Shown piece by piece: positions 32,570 to 42,430 of a DNA stretch of 64,000 nt. The notes beneath the pieces were generated by a model. The model was not told where the DNA came from. It was given only the letters and a program-made list of their open reading frames with translations, and made no database searches. The stretch lies in NCBI GenBank assembly GCA_963843145.1, contig CAWJJC010000005.1:32001-96000 (forward strand). The letters run 5' to 3'. This stretch comes from an uncultured delta proteobacterium. Lineage in GTDB: Bacteria; Desulfobacterota; RBG-13-43-22. The first letter of the stretch is position 1; each line of letters opens with the position of its first letter. A program made the position numbers and the translations under genes.

Positions 32570-33364
32570 CTAAATTTTCGGAGTAAGCGAGACGATTTTT
32601 CTTTGCCGGAGGATTTCAAACAAAACCACGGCGCAGGCCACCGAGGCATTTAAGGATGTCAGGTTGCCTTCCAGGGGAATGGAAGCCACCCAATCCGACT
32701 TCTTCCAAATTAAGGGGCTGACTCCTTTCCCTTCGCTGCCGATAACCACCACCAAGGGCACCCTCAGATCCAATTGATAAATAGTCTGCGCGCCTTGGGC
32801 CTCCAGGCTTAGAAACCAGAAACCCTCTTTTTTTAAGACCTCGATCGTTTGGGCCAGGTTAGTAACCTGAACCAGGGGCAGGGATTCCAAAGCGCCGGCG
32901 GCGGTTTTGTGAACCGTCCCGGAGATTGGGCAGGTCCGGTCCTTAGGCAGGATGATTCCCCGGACCCCGGCCCCGTAAGCGGTTCGGATGATCGCCCCCA
33001 GGTTATGAGGATCCTGCAGGTGGTCGATCATCACCAAGACCGGTGCCGGATCTTCAGCCGTCCTGATCCGCTTCAGCAATTCATCCAAGGGTGTAAAGCG
33101 GAAAGCGAATTTAAGTTGAGCGGCCACGGATTGATGGGCCGGCACGCGAAAGGTTTCTTCCCAGGCCTTTCGCTCTTTATAGGCTACGGGGATATTATCC
33201 TCGCGACAGCGTTCTTGGATCTCCCGGTTGATCGGGTCCTTGGAGGAAAGGGCCAGCCAGACTTGTTTCACCTGCCGGGGGTTGGTGCGGAGAATTTCCC
33301 GAACGGCCTGTTTTCCCCAGACCCATTCGGTATTGGCGGCTTCGATAATGGCGGGCATATTCAC
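32570..33364 (-). CDS. rlmB: 23S rRNA (G2251-2'-O)-methyltransferase
   Basis: QDPHNLGAIIRT, GSEGKG, SLNASVA. Confidence 0.9.
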   Translation of the reverse strand: MNMPAIIEAANTEWVWGKQAVREILRTNPRQVKQVWLALSSKDPINREIQERCREDNIPVAYKERKAWEETFRVPAHQSVAAQLKFAFRFTPLDELLKRIRTAEDPAPVLVMIDHLQDPHNLGAIIRTAYGAGVRGIILPKDRTCPISGTVHKTAAGALESLPLVQVTNLAQTIEVLKKEGFWFLSLEAQGAQTIYQLDLRVPLVVVIGSEGKGVSPLIWKKSDWVASIPLEGNLTSLNASVACAVVLFEILRQRKIVSLTPKI

Positions 33365-33951
33365 CGAACGCGAAAGTGTTGGGCCTGGAGGATGGCGGAT
33401 AAGGCCTTGAGCGCGGCAGGGAGTTCCGCATTGATCACCGCGTAATCAAAGCGGGGCCAGTCGGCCAGCTCTTTTTCGGCGTTGCGCAGACGCAGGCGGA
33501 GGGCCTGAGGGGATTCGGTCCGGCGTTGGGAAAGCCTCCTTTTCAGCTCCTCTCGGGAGGGAGGCAGGATAAAGATGCTCACCGCCTCCGGCATTTTCCC
33601 CTTCACTTGCCCGGCCCCCTGGACATCGATATCCAGCAGGACGTCCCGCCCCTGACGCAGCCAGGTCTGCACCGGCTTTGAAGGCGTCCCGTAATAGTCG
33701 TTATGGACCCGGGCCCACTCCAAAAAACCTTCCCGGCGGATCTGCTTTTTAAATTGTTCGGGGGAGACAAAATGATAATCCTGGTCCGGTTTTTCCCCCG
33801 GACGCGGCGACCGGGTCGTCCAGGAGATGGAAAAGGACAGGGAATCGATTTTTTTCTGCACCCTTCTCCGCAGCGTGGTCTTACCCACGCCCGAAGGGCC
33901 GGAGAGGATGATCAAATTTCCTCTTCTCTTATTTGGAATTCGCGGGACCAT
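33361..33951 (-). CDS. gmk: guanylate kinase
   Basis: [29 protein letters not shown]. Confidence 0.95.
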   Translation of the reverse strand: MVPRIPNKRRGNLIILSGPSGVGKTTLRRRVQKKIDSLSFSISWTTRSPRPGEKPDQDYHFVSPEQFKKQIRREGFLEWARVHNDYYGTPSKPVQTWLRQGRDVLLDIDVQGAGQVKGKMPEAVSIFILPPSREELKRRLSQRRTESPQALRLRLRNAEKELADWPRFDYAVINAELPAALKALSAILQAQHFRVR

Positions 33952-34228
33952 CGTCCTCTTTGTGGTTCAGATCGGATTTTTGAGCGCCCTCCGAATTAAA
34001 GCGCTGGGCGTTGGTCTCGGCCTGAATAGCGGAAAGGATCACGTGGTTGCTGTCGGTGACAATAATGGAACGCGTCTTTCGACCCTGAGTGGCATCGATC
34101 AAGCGCTTACCCTCCCGGGCCTCCTCCCGCAGCCGCTTCATGGGAGACGAATTGGGGGAGACAATGGCAATGATCCGGTCGGTGACCACCAGACTACCAC
34201 CCCCGATATTCAACAATTTCGATTCCAT
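33929..34228 (-). CDS. remA: DUF370/RemA-family protein
   Basis: [41 protein letters not shown]. Confidence 0.9.
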   Translation of the reverse strand: MESKLLNIGGGSLVVTDRIIAIVSPNSSPMKRLREEAREGKRLIDATQGRKTRSIIVTDSNHVILSAIQAETNAQRFNSEGAQKSDLNHKEDDGPANSK

Positions 34229-34240
34229 GGGTCGCTCCAA

Positions 34241-35122
34241 TCACTCGATGTTTTGAATCTGTTCCCGCATTTTTTCCAATTCGGCTTTGACGGCCACCAC
34301 CTGCAGGGAGATGGACCCCTCCATACTTTTGGACCCGATGGTATTGATCTCGCGGTTGATCTCCTGAAGCAGGAATTCCAGCTTTCGCCCCACCGGCTGC
34401 GTTTCCCGGAACAGGGTTTTCAATTGCTTGAGATGGCTTTCCAACCGAACCAACTCCTCGGAAATATCGGATCGATCCGCCAGAATGGCCACTTCCTGGG
34501 CCAGGCGCTGGGGATCCACTTTGGTTTCCCCGGCCAGTTCGTTGACTCGTTTTTGCAATCGCAACTGATAGGCCCGAACTACCTGAGGCACCTTTTTGGA
34601 AATAATCCCGACCGACTTTTCAATGGTCCTGATGCGCGACAGCAAGTCCTGGCTCAAATGCCGGCCCTCGGCGGACCGCATGGTATCCACCCCGTCCATG
34701 ACTTGCTTTAGCGGGCGATGAATACGCTGCCAGAGCGATTCCTCGGAGGCAGGCAACTCCTGATAGGTCAGCACATCCCTTAGGCCGAGCAGGATATTCA
34801 AATCTAAGGGCCCGGGAATTCCCAGGGAGGCCTTCAACTCGTTCAGTTTATCCCAATAGCTGCGGGCCAGCGGGATATTAATGGACATGCTCCCGTTGCG
34901 ATTTTTTCCCGATCCGGAATATTGCACAGACACTTCCACCCGTCCCCGGGAAATACGGGATGAAATATAGCTTTTTATCCGGTCTTCCAGCGGGCTGAGA
35001 GGCCCGGCCAGACGCAGATTAATATCCAGGTAGCGGCTGTTGTAGGTCCGGACCACCAAGGTCAAGGACTGGTCTTTGGTGTTGGTCGTCTCCTGGGCGA
35101 AAGAAGTCATACTTTTAATCAT
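34241..35122 (-). CDS. yicC: YicC/YloC endoribonuclease
   Basis: IKSMT, NSRYLD, DISEELVRL, GRKLEFLLQEINREINTIGSK, REQIQNIE. Confidence 0.92.
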   Translation of the reverse strand: MIKSMTSFAQETTNTKDQSLTLVVRTYNSRYLDINLRLAGPLSPLEDRIKSYISSRISRGRVEVSVQYSGSGKNRNGSMSINIPLARSYWDKLNELKASLGIPGPLDLNILLGLRDVLTYQELPASEESLWQRIHRPLKQVMDGVDTMRSAEGRHLSQDLLSRIRTIEKSVGIISKKVPQVVRAYQLRLQKRVNELAGETKVDPQRLAQEVAILADRSDISEELVRLESHLKQLKTLFRETQPVGRKLEFLLQEINREINTIGSKSMEGSISLQVVAVKAELEKMREQIQNIE

Positions 35123-35154
35123 AATAGGTTACCTTAACTAAGGGGTTGAGGGAT

Positions 35155-35276
35155 AAACTCGAAATCCGAAACAAGCACGAAGGTCCAAAATCCAAATGAT
35201 CAAAACCATAGCTTTTCGATTTCGAATTTCGATCATTTGAATTTGTTTCGGATTTCGGATTTCGGATTTCGGATTT
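35155..35276. repeat. heptamer-based inverted-repeat element (same family); overlaps the 3' end of the DUF4416 gene
   Basis: aaactcg aaatccg aaacaagcacg...caaatgatc / gatcatttgaatttgttt(cggattt)4. Confidence 0.75.
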
Positions 35277-35799
35277 GCGTCTGTATTTGCATCTGGTACC
35301 TTTTCCGGAGAATATTGAACATGGCGATGGTCTCTGGAACCTGGTAATCCGGATAAGTCCAGGGCAAGGGCCGGTAAGCCCCTTTGGAATAAATCAAGGT
35401 TAAGTCCCCATAAACGCCGGAACCCAGATAAATCCGATGAATATAGTTTTTCCCGGTGGCCAGGACCAGCCGCTCCGCGGAAAGGATTCCCGGATCCACA
35501 TTGACTTGCCGTTGTCCTTCAACCTCCCAGCGGGTTTCCAGCTCATTGGTTTTCAACTTAATAGCCGCCAGTTGGTCCTGGGGAACCAGGTGTCGACTGC
35601 ATCCCCAGCGTCGAAACAAGGGAGTCCCCATTTCCTTTTCATAATAACCGGTAAAGTGGAAAGCCGTGACCGCCGAGATATAATCCCAGGGCCCCCAGAG
35701 CAGTTCCAGTTCCTCCCAGCAGCTCCGGGCCGGGGTCGATCCCCGGTAGATCAAGCCGAAAATCAATTTTCCCGGGAGCGGTGGTTGTGGTTTACTCAA
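35233..35799 (-). CDS. DUF4416-family protein
   Basis: YYEKEMG, IKLKTNELE, VNVDPG, LATGKN..HRIYL, PWTYPDY. Confidence 0.8.
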   Translation of the reverse strand: MSKPQPPLPGKLIFGLIYRGSTPARSCWEELELLWGPWDYISAVTAFHFTGYYEKEMGTPLFRRWGCSRHLVPQDQLAAIKLKTNELETRWEVEGQRQVNVDPGILSAERLVLATGKNYIHRIYLGSGVYGDLTLIYSKGAYRPLPWTYPDYQVPETIAMFNILRKRYQMQIQTQIRNPKSEIRNKFK

Positions 35800-37102
35800 T
35801 GGTAGGTCGGCCTACAGAGTAATAGGTTATCCCCTGTTTGTGCATCTTGACCGGATCGTATATATTCCGCAGGTCGATGACCACCGGACGTTTCAACAAA
35901 CCTTTCATCCGCCCCCAATCGATGTTCCGGAACTGGTTCCATTCGGTGATCAGGATCAGGGCGTCAGCGCCCTGTCCCGCCTCGTAGAGGTCCTCCTTAA
36001 ATTCAACCTTCTTAAATACCTTTCGAGCTTCGGGCATCCCGGCCGGATCATAGGTTTGAATGCGGGCGCCTAAGTCACCCAATTTTTTTATGATGGCCAC
36101 CGCCGGGGATTCCCGGATGTCATCGGTGTTGGGTTTAAAAGTCAGGCCCAAGACTCCCAGAGTTTTTCCTTTCAGCGGGCCGGCCACCTTTACGATCTTG
36201 TCCACCATAATTTGTTTCTGTCGTTGATTCACCTTGAGGACCGCCTTGACGATCTCGAATTCATAGTCCAGGGACTGGGCCAGTTGCACTATGGCCTGGG
36301 TGTCCTTCGGAAAGCAGGATCCGCCGAATCCCGGTCCCGGATGCAGAAATTTCGGTCCGATCCGTTGATCCAACCCCATCCCCCTGGCCACCTGGTGCAC
36401 GTCCGCCCCCACTCGTTCGCAGATATTGGCCATCTCGTTGATGAACGAGATTTTGGTGGCTAAAAAGGCATTGGAGGCATACTTAATCATTTCGGCGGTT
36501 TCCACCCCGGTAATGACGAAAGGGGTCTCGATGAGGTACAATGGGGAATACAGGTCTTTCATGATGGCCACGGCCTGATCGCTCTGGGCCCCGATGACTA
36601 CCCGATTGGGATGCATGAAATCTTCAATGGCCGACCCTTCGCGCAAGAATTCGGGATTGGAGACAATATCAAAAGACTGTTTCTTTTTTTGATGTTGTCG
36701 AACAATCCGGGAAATCAGTTGTCCGGTGCCCACCGGGACCGTGCTCTTGGTGACGATGATTTTATAGCCGTCCATGGTTCGGCCGATGGCTTCCGCCACA
36801 TCCTTCACATAGCGCAGGTCGGCCCGGCCTTTTTTGTCGGAGGGCGTGCCTACGGCGATAAAGACCACCAGAGAATGTTTAACGCCCTCCTCCAGGTTGT
36901 CGGTAAACTGCAGTCGTTTTTCCCGGACATTTTTTAAGACCAGTTCCTCCAGACCCGGCTCATAGATGGGTATTTTCCCCTGCTGCAGGCCGGTGATCTT
37001 GTCCCGGTCGTTGTCCACACAAGTCACTTTAATCCCGAATTCGGCGAAGCAGGCCCCCGTGACCAATCCAACGTAACCCACCCCGATAACACAGATATTC
37101 AT
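35792..37102 (-). CDS. ugd: UDP-glucose 6-dehydrogenase
   Basis: GVGYVG, KSTVPVG, NPEFLREG, GFGGSCFPKD. Confidence 0.95.
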   Translation of the reverse strand: MNICVIGVGYVGLVTGACFAEFGIKVTCVDNDRDKITGLQQGKIPIYEPGLEELVLKNVREKRLQFTDNLEEGVKHSLVVFIAVGTPSDKKGRADLRYVKDVAEAIGRTMDGYKIIVTKSTVPVGTGQLISRIVRQHQKKKQSFDIVSNPEFLREGSAIEDFMHPNRVVIGAQSDQAVAIMKDLYSPLYLIETPFVITGVETAEMIKYASNAFLATKISFINEMANICERVGADVHQVARGMGLDQRIGPKFLHPGPGFGGSCFPKDTQAIVQLAQSLDYEFEIVKAVLKVNQRQKQIMVDKIVKVAGPLKGKTLGVLGLTFKPNTDDIRESPAVAIIKKLGDLGARIQTYDPAGMPEARKVFKKVEFKEDLYEAGQGADALILITEWNQFRNIDWGRMKGLLKRPVVIDLRNIYDPVKMHKQGITYYSVGRPTIE

Positions 37103-37123
37103 CCGCTCTCCCCTTCACTCCGC

Positions 37124-37185
37124 TTTAGATTCTTACCTCCCTTGTTCTGAGCATTTGTCTCTAACAATGGGGGTAAGAATCTAAA
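37124..37185. promoter_or_regulatory. long hairpin just upstream of ugd
   Basis: tttagattcttacc...ggtaagaatctaaa (14 bp perfect, imperfect inner extension). Confidence 0.5.
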
Positions 37186-37319
37186 TATTTTTGGCTAGCT
37201 GCTTTATATTCGGATTTTGGATATGAACCAAAAATTCGTCCAATATGCCGGCCAAAATAACAAAAACCCATTCTGAAGGCAATGTTAATTGTTGAGGCTT
37301 CATCCTTTTGGGTGGGTGT

Positions 37320-38633
37320 TTAATCTGAAATCGCGCCTTCGTGGCCACCGGATCTCAGCGAAAAAGTTTTCCAGCTTTGGATTTTTGAACTCCCCAGGGC
37401 CGTCCCGATGAGAAACCAGAACATCAGGGCATTATCGTCCACGAAAAAATCATCAAAAAAATTTCGGATCAGGAAGCCTACCACCATCACCCCGGTGGCC
37501 AGGGAAAAATTTCGGACCCAGGGATCGATCCCCGGCCCTCTCCGGCGGAAGCAATGAAACCCGGCCGCGCCCATAACCCAAAGGAGCGCCAAGAGCCCCT
37601 GAATTCCCGTTTGGAAGGTGAAATCCAGCAGGGTGTTGTGCGCGTGCCAAAGCATCGGCTGATGTTGAGCCCGAAATTCCGGAAAGGCCTCGGAGAAACT
37701 ACTCCGGCCAAAACCGATGCCTTGAAAAGGCCGCTCTTGAATATAATGAAAAGCCAGTTTCCAGATATCCAAGAGATCTCCGGCCGTCCCGCCTACGGCG
37801 GTGTTCACCCCCGGAGCGGAGAACGAAAGCCTTTCGCCGTGAAGGCATACGGATCTGGGAATGAAGACCAGAAAGAGCAGGAGGCTCGCCGTGGCTCCCA
37901 GTAGAATTTTTTTCCTGTTCCCGATCCAGCCGATCAAAAAAAATTCCGCGGCCGCCGCCATCCACATTGCCCGTCCGAAGGTAATGTAAATTCCCAACAG
38001 GTTTAAGGCCAGCAGGGCCAGGAGTCCTCCCAGGTTCTTTTTTGACAGGAATTGCCGCTCCAGGGCAAGAATCAGCAGGAAAGGAAACACGATGATCAGA
38101 TAGGTCCCGAATTCTCCATAGCCGGCATCCAGGGAACCCGCCCGGATATAATAACCGGCTAACTGCCCTCCGGCCCGCCAGAAATCCCAGAGGCCATAGG
38201 CAACCATCAACAGATTCCCGCAGACCAGGATAAGCCAGATTGCGGGAAGTCGTTCCAGCCTCCCGGCGGAATAGGCGGCCAGATAAAAGACCAGGCACCC
38301 CTTAAGCAGTTCGCCTTTGATCTCCTTGAAACTGTAGGACGGATCAACGGCCCAGATCAGAGAAATGAATGAAACCGCCACCAAACAGAGCAGGGGCAGG
38401 TCCAGCGGAGTTCGGGGAATCAAGAGCCGCCGCCCGATCACCATGGCCGCCAGCCAGAAAAAGGCGGCCGACCCCAAAAGGATTTCCCGAACCGCCGTGA
38501 TGGACGCCAGGGGAAGAGCGAAGAGAAAGAGCGCTAAGGAAATGGCCAGGCCCTGGTCCGCTAGCGCCGGCCATCGCTCCTGCTGAAGGAGAGCTTTCGC
38601 GGGGAAGGCGGGAGAGACGAAATCCTTTTTCAC
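37320..38633 (-). CDS. waaL: O-antigen ligase family protein
   Basis: Multi-TM; TFGRA, PFQGIGFG, HAHN; LPS operon context. Confidence 0.8.
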   Translation of the reverse strand: MKKDFVSPAFPAKALLQQERWPALADQGLAISLALFLFALPLASITAVREILLGSAAFFWLAAMVIGRRLLIPRTPLDLPLLCLVAVSFISLIWAVDPSYSFKEIKGELLKGCLVFYLAAYSAGRLERLPAIWLILVCGNLLMVAYGLWDFWRAGGQLAGYYIRAGSLDAGYGEFGTYLIIVFPFLLILALERQFLSKKNLGGLLALLALNLLGIYITFGRAMWMAAAAEFFLIGWIGNRKKILLGATASLLLFLVFIPRSVCLHGERLSFSAPGVNTAVGGTAGDLLDIWKLAFHYIQERPFQGIGFGRSSFSEAFPEFRAQHQPMLWHAHNTLLDFTFQTGIQGLLALLWVMGAAGFHCFRRRGPGIDPWVRNFSLATGVMVVGFLIRNFFDDFFVDDNALMFWFLIGTALGSSKIQSWKTFSLRSGGHEGAISD

Positions 38634-38636
38634 TGA

Positions 38637-39638
38637 CTATTCTTCCGTTCCGGCTTCCAGCAACGCTTTATTCAAAGCTGCCGCCTGAATGGCAGCGGTG
38701 CCCACTTCCGCCACTACCAGGCCGGCCGCCACATTGGCGGTCCGGCAGGATTGAATCAAACTCAACCCGGAGGCCAGGGCCAGCGTCAGGGTGGCGATCA
38801 CGGTATCCCCGGCCCCGGTAACGTCGAAGACCTTGCGGGCCACGGTGGGTATCAGGGTAACCCTGCTGTTTTGGGAAAACAAGGCCATTCCCTCCCGGCC
38901 GCGGGTGATCAACACGGAATCGCAGAGCAGCCTTTTTAACAGCCATTGTCCTACCCAGCGCAGGTCGCTCTCGGATTCAATCTTCCGGCCCGCGGCCAGA
39001 CCCGCTTCGAGATGGTTGGGCGTAATCAGGGTGACGCCCCGGTACCAGTCCAGGTGCAGCGGCTTAGGATCGACGGCCAGCGGGATGCCTCTCTTCTTGC
39101 TGATCCTTTTCAAGGCCGCCATCAACCGCTGGGAAATGACCCCTTTGTCATAATCGGAAACAATAATCCCGGCCAGTCCCTCGGCGTTCCGCCCGATTCC
39201 CTGGATCAACAACTCCTGGATTTGGGGGGCCAAAGGATGGTTGTTTTCTTTATCCACTCGCACCACCTGCTGCTGATGGGCGATGACCCGAGTCTTTACG
39301 GCCGTAGGGCGGGAATCATCGATAATCAGACTGTCGGTGTTGACTCCCCGGCCCTTGAGTTGTCTGAGGAGGCGCTTTCCCATCCCGTCCGGTCCAATGA
39401 CCCCGGCCAGGATTACCTGGGCACCCAAGCCCAAAAGGTTGTTCACCACATTGGCCGCCCCGCCCAACAGGTAACTTTCCTCCTTCACCTTCACCACCGG
39501 GACCGGAGCTTCCGGGGATATCCGGGAAACCTCCCCCCAGATGAACTGGTCCATCATCACATCCCCCACCACCAGGATACGGCGGTCGGGGAAGACCTCC
39601 AGGGCCTTCAGCAGCGGATCGGTTTTCTGATTCAACAT
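38637..39638 (-). CDS. rfaE1: D-glycero-beta-D-manno-heptose-7-phosphate kinase
   Basis: GDVMMD, RISPEAPVPV, GGAANV, SDYDKG, DVTGAGDTV. Confidence 0.93.
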   Translation of the reverse strand: MLNQKTDPLLKALEVFPDRRILVVGDVMMDQFIWGEVSRISPEAPVPVVKVKEESYLLGGAANVVNNLLGLGAQVILAGVIGPDGMGKRLLRQLKGRGVNTDSLIIDDSRPTAVKTRVIAHQQQVVRVDKENNHPLAPQIQELLIQGIGRNAEGLAGIIVSDYDKGVISQRLMAALKRISKKRGIPLAVDPKPLHLDWYRGVTLITPNHLEAGLAAGRKIESESDLRWVGQWLLKRLLCDSVLITRGREGMALFSQNSRVTLIPTVARKVFDVTGAGDTVIATLTLALASGLSLIQSCRTANVAAGLVVAEVGTAAIQAAALNKALLEAGTEE

Positions 39639-39884
39639 AGCCTTCAAAAATCGACTCCTCAATCCCAGCCGGTCAGGCCGGGCTAATTTTTCCGTCTCGA
39701 ATAGTATCCGCTGTAAATCCGCGAGTCAAGCACTTACCCCACTGTTGTAAAGGGTCTCAAGATAGTAACCACATCTTAAAGCGTCATTGCCGCAAGGCTT
39801 CCGAGCGGGAATGACTTTTCGTAAGAAGGCAGGCCGCCTCCCGGTTTAGATATGTAAACAAGCCTCTATGACCTGCAAAAAGGC

Positions 39885-39934
39885 CAATAATCAATAATCA
39901 ATTGATAATTGACAATTGATTATTGATTATTGAT
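39885..39934. repeat. CAATAAT/ATTGATT heptamer palindromic repeat (second copy at 41202-41239)
   Basis: caataat caataat caattgataattg acaattgattattgattattg; acaattgattattgattatt recurs at about 41212. Confidence 0.65.
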
Positions 39935-40030
39935 ATCCTGCGGTTAGCGAGTTTTCTCGCCCCTTTATTTTCATGCCTTGGGGTGCCCGCCCCCGCGCCT
40001 GCCGGTATTAGAATAGATATGGTAACGGTC

Positions 40031-41167
40031 TTAAAATTTTCGCCCACCCTGGTTTGACAAAAATCCCTCAAATTGCTCTCCAATCACCTGGAGCACTTCC
40101 TCGGGCCGAATCTGTTTCAGACAACGGTTGTCCAGGCACTTTTCATTCAGGCAGCGGGGCAGGTCGCAGACCTCCTCTTTTTTATAGAGGCTGACCGCAT
40201 TCTCGGACTGGTAGGGGCCAATACGCAGAGGGCTGTCCGCACCGATAAGGGCCAGCGTCGGGACCCTTAAAGCCAGGGCCATATGCAAAGGGCCGCTGTC
40301 GTTGGCGATGAAAAGGGAACAGCTTCGGATCAGGCCTCCGGTGATCGCCAGATCAAAACGGCCCTCCGTGTTCAGGACCGGGGCTTTCATCCGGGAGGCG
40401 ATGGCCTGAGCGGCGGACGCCTCCGACTTGGAGGAAAAAAGGACGAACCGGCAGCCGTAACGGTCGAACAGTCGGTTCCCCAGATCAACAAAATAATCGG
40501 CGGGCCACCATTTGTACCTTCCGGAGCCGGTGGGATGGAGTCCGATGACCGGCTGAACCCCGCCTCCCCAAAAATCGTTGAGCATCCTCCGGACCTTCGG
40601 CTCCCATCCGGCGGGAAGAAAAAAATCCATTCTCCGGTCGGCCGTATCGGCCCCGGCCGCCCGGACCAGATCCAGTCGCTGTTCGATGGCATGTCGATTT
40701 TCATCTCGGCAAACAATGCCTTGAGAAAGGAAAGGGGCAAAGCGACTGGTCCCGCTGCCGATAAGATACGGGGCCCGGGTGGCCCAAGCGAGGGGAACGG
40801 CCTCCGGATCGTTGCTATGGAGGATGATGACCAGGTCGTACTGCTGCTCCCGCAGGCTTCGGACCAGGGAAAGCAGCCCTCTGGCCTTCCCTCGGTAAAA
40901 GAGGAGCCGGTCTATATGGGGGTTTTCTTTGAGCAGGAGGGCGTAGCGCTGGTGACAGAGCACGTGCACTTCCTTCTCGGGATAGGTCTCCTTCACGGCC
41001 CGAATGGCTGGAGTGGAAAAAAGGGTATCTCCGATGGCCGTGGTGGTCATCAGCAAAATCCGCCGGACCCCTTCCATGTCCGAAAGAGTTAAAGGGTGGG
41101 CCGGCCTTTTCCGGCCCAACGCTGCATCAAAATCTGAAGAAATCTGATCTCGAAGGCGGTGGATCAT
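40031..41167 (-). CDS. GT9 (heptosyltransferase-like) glycosyltransferase
   Basis: AIGDTL, NPHID, KWWP, NDSGPLHMA. Confidence 0.85.
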   Translation of the reverse strand: MIHRLRDQISSDFDAALGRKRPAHPLTLSDMEGVRRILLMTTTAIGDTLFSTPAIRAVKETYPEKEVHVLCHQRYALLLKENPHIDRLLFYRGKARGLLSLVRSLREQQYDLVIILHSNDPEAVPLAWATRAPYLIGSGTSRFAPFLSQGIVCRDENRHAIEQRLDLVRAAGADTADRRMDFFLPAGWEPKVRRMLNDFWGGGVQPVIGLHPTGSGRYKWWPADYFVDLGNRLFDRYGCRFVLFSSKSEASAAQAIASRMKAPVLNTEGRFDLAITGGLIRSCSLFIANDSGPLHMALALRVPTLALIGADSPLRIGPYQSENAVSLYKKEEVCDLPRCLNEKCLDNRCLKQIRPEEVLQVIGEQFEGFLSNQGGRKF

Positions 41168-41249
41168 CGTTTTGGATAATGCAAAAATAGAAAAGAAACG
41201 GTTAACAATTAACAATTGATTATTGATTATTAATAATTAGGGTTGGCCT

Positions 41250-42430
41250 TCATCCCAGGGAATCATACAGCCTTTCCGTCGCTTCGGCAATCCGGGTCCA
41301 GGAAAAATGGTCTTCCATGGTCCGTCTTCCCTCCTCGCCCAGTTGTCGTCTAACCTCCGGCTCGCGCAAAAGGATCAGGATTTTTTCGGTCAATTCCGAA
41401 ACATCCTCTTTTCCGGCCAGCAGCAGAGCCGGTCTTTTCATGAACCACCACCTCCGGAATCCCGCCTTGGCGGGTGCTGATTATGGGCAAGCCGCTCGCC
41501 GAGGCCTCCAGAAAAACCAGGCCCAAACCTTCCTCCAACTGTGAAGGAGCGACAAAGACGTCTCCCAAAAGATAAATGGAAGGCATCTCCTGGGGGCGGA
41601 TGAAACTCAGAAACCGGACCCGATCCTGCCAGGGGGCCAATTCCTTTCGCAGGCGTTCCGAGAAGTCTGTTTTTTTATTCTCCCGCCGGTACCCGAAACC
41701 GGTCCCCCCGGCCAGGACCCAGACGGCCTCGGGTTCCTGTTGAAAAACCTCCCCCATGGCGCGGGCCAGGACCCCCACCCCCTTGGATTCGCGTATCTTT
41801 CCCGTGTAGAGCACCACCTTTTTCCCGGCCAGTCCCAGGCGCTCCCGAGCCTTCCGGGTATCCTCGGGATTCAGCCAAAAAGGCCGGAAGTCGCGGGTAT
41901 CCACGCCGTTGTAGAGTACCTCCTGGACAGGCGTTCCAAGGGCCAGGCGGTTTTTTTCGGCCGCGACCACGAAGCGGCTGCACCCCAGAAATAAATCCGC
42001 CTCGTTGTTGAAAGGCCCGGAGGGTCTTTCCAGCTTCCCCAGGTAGTTATAGAGGTTATGCATGTGGAGAATGATTTTTTTCCGAGGAAAGCGCTCCCGG
42101 AAATAGGAGACCAGCAAAGGACGATTATGGATATGAATGAGGTCCGGATCGAATTTTTTCAGGAACGCGGCGACTTGTTTTTCGTAGTCCTTCGGGAAAG
42201 CCTTGAACCAGCCGTAAAGGGTTCGTTTGAATCGACGCAACAGGAATCCGGATATATTCAACCCCACCGTTTTGCTCCCTTAAAGGAAGTTCCGGATCGG
42301 CCGGGGAAAAGATCACCGGTCGGTATTTTTTCAGCTCCCGGGAGGTCTTTTCAATCCAGAGTTCGGCGGCCCCGCCCCGGATGGGCGGAATGGGGTAAAG
42401 CTCGGGACCGATCAGGGCCACTTTTTTCAC
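41250..42430 (-). CDS. GT4 glycosyltransferase (two frameshifts)
   Basis: PIPPIRGGAAE, HIHNRP, YNGVD, EEGLGLVFLEA, FSWTRIA, across three ORFs. Confidence 0.8.
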
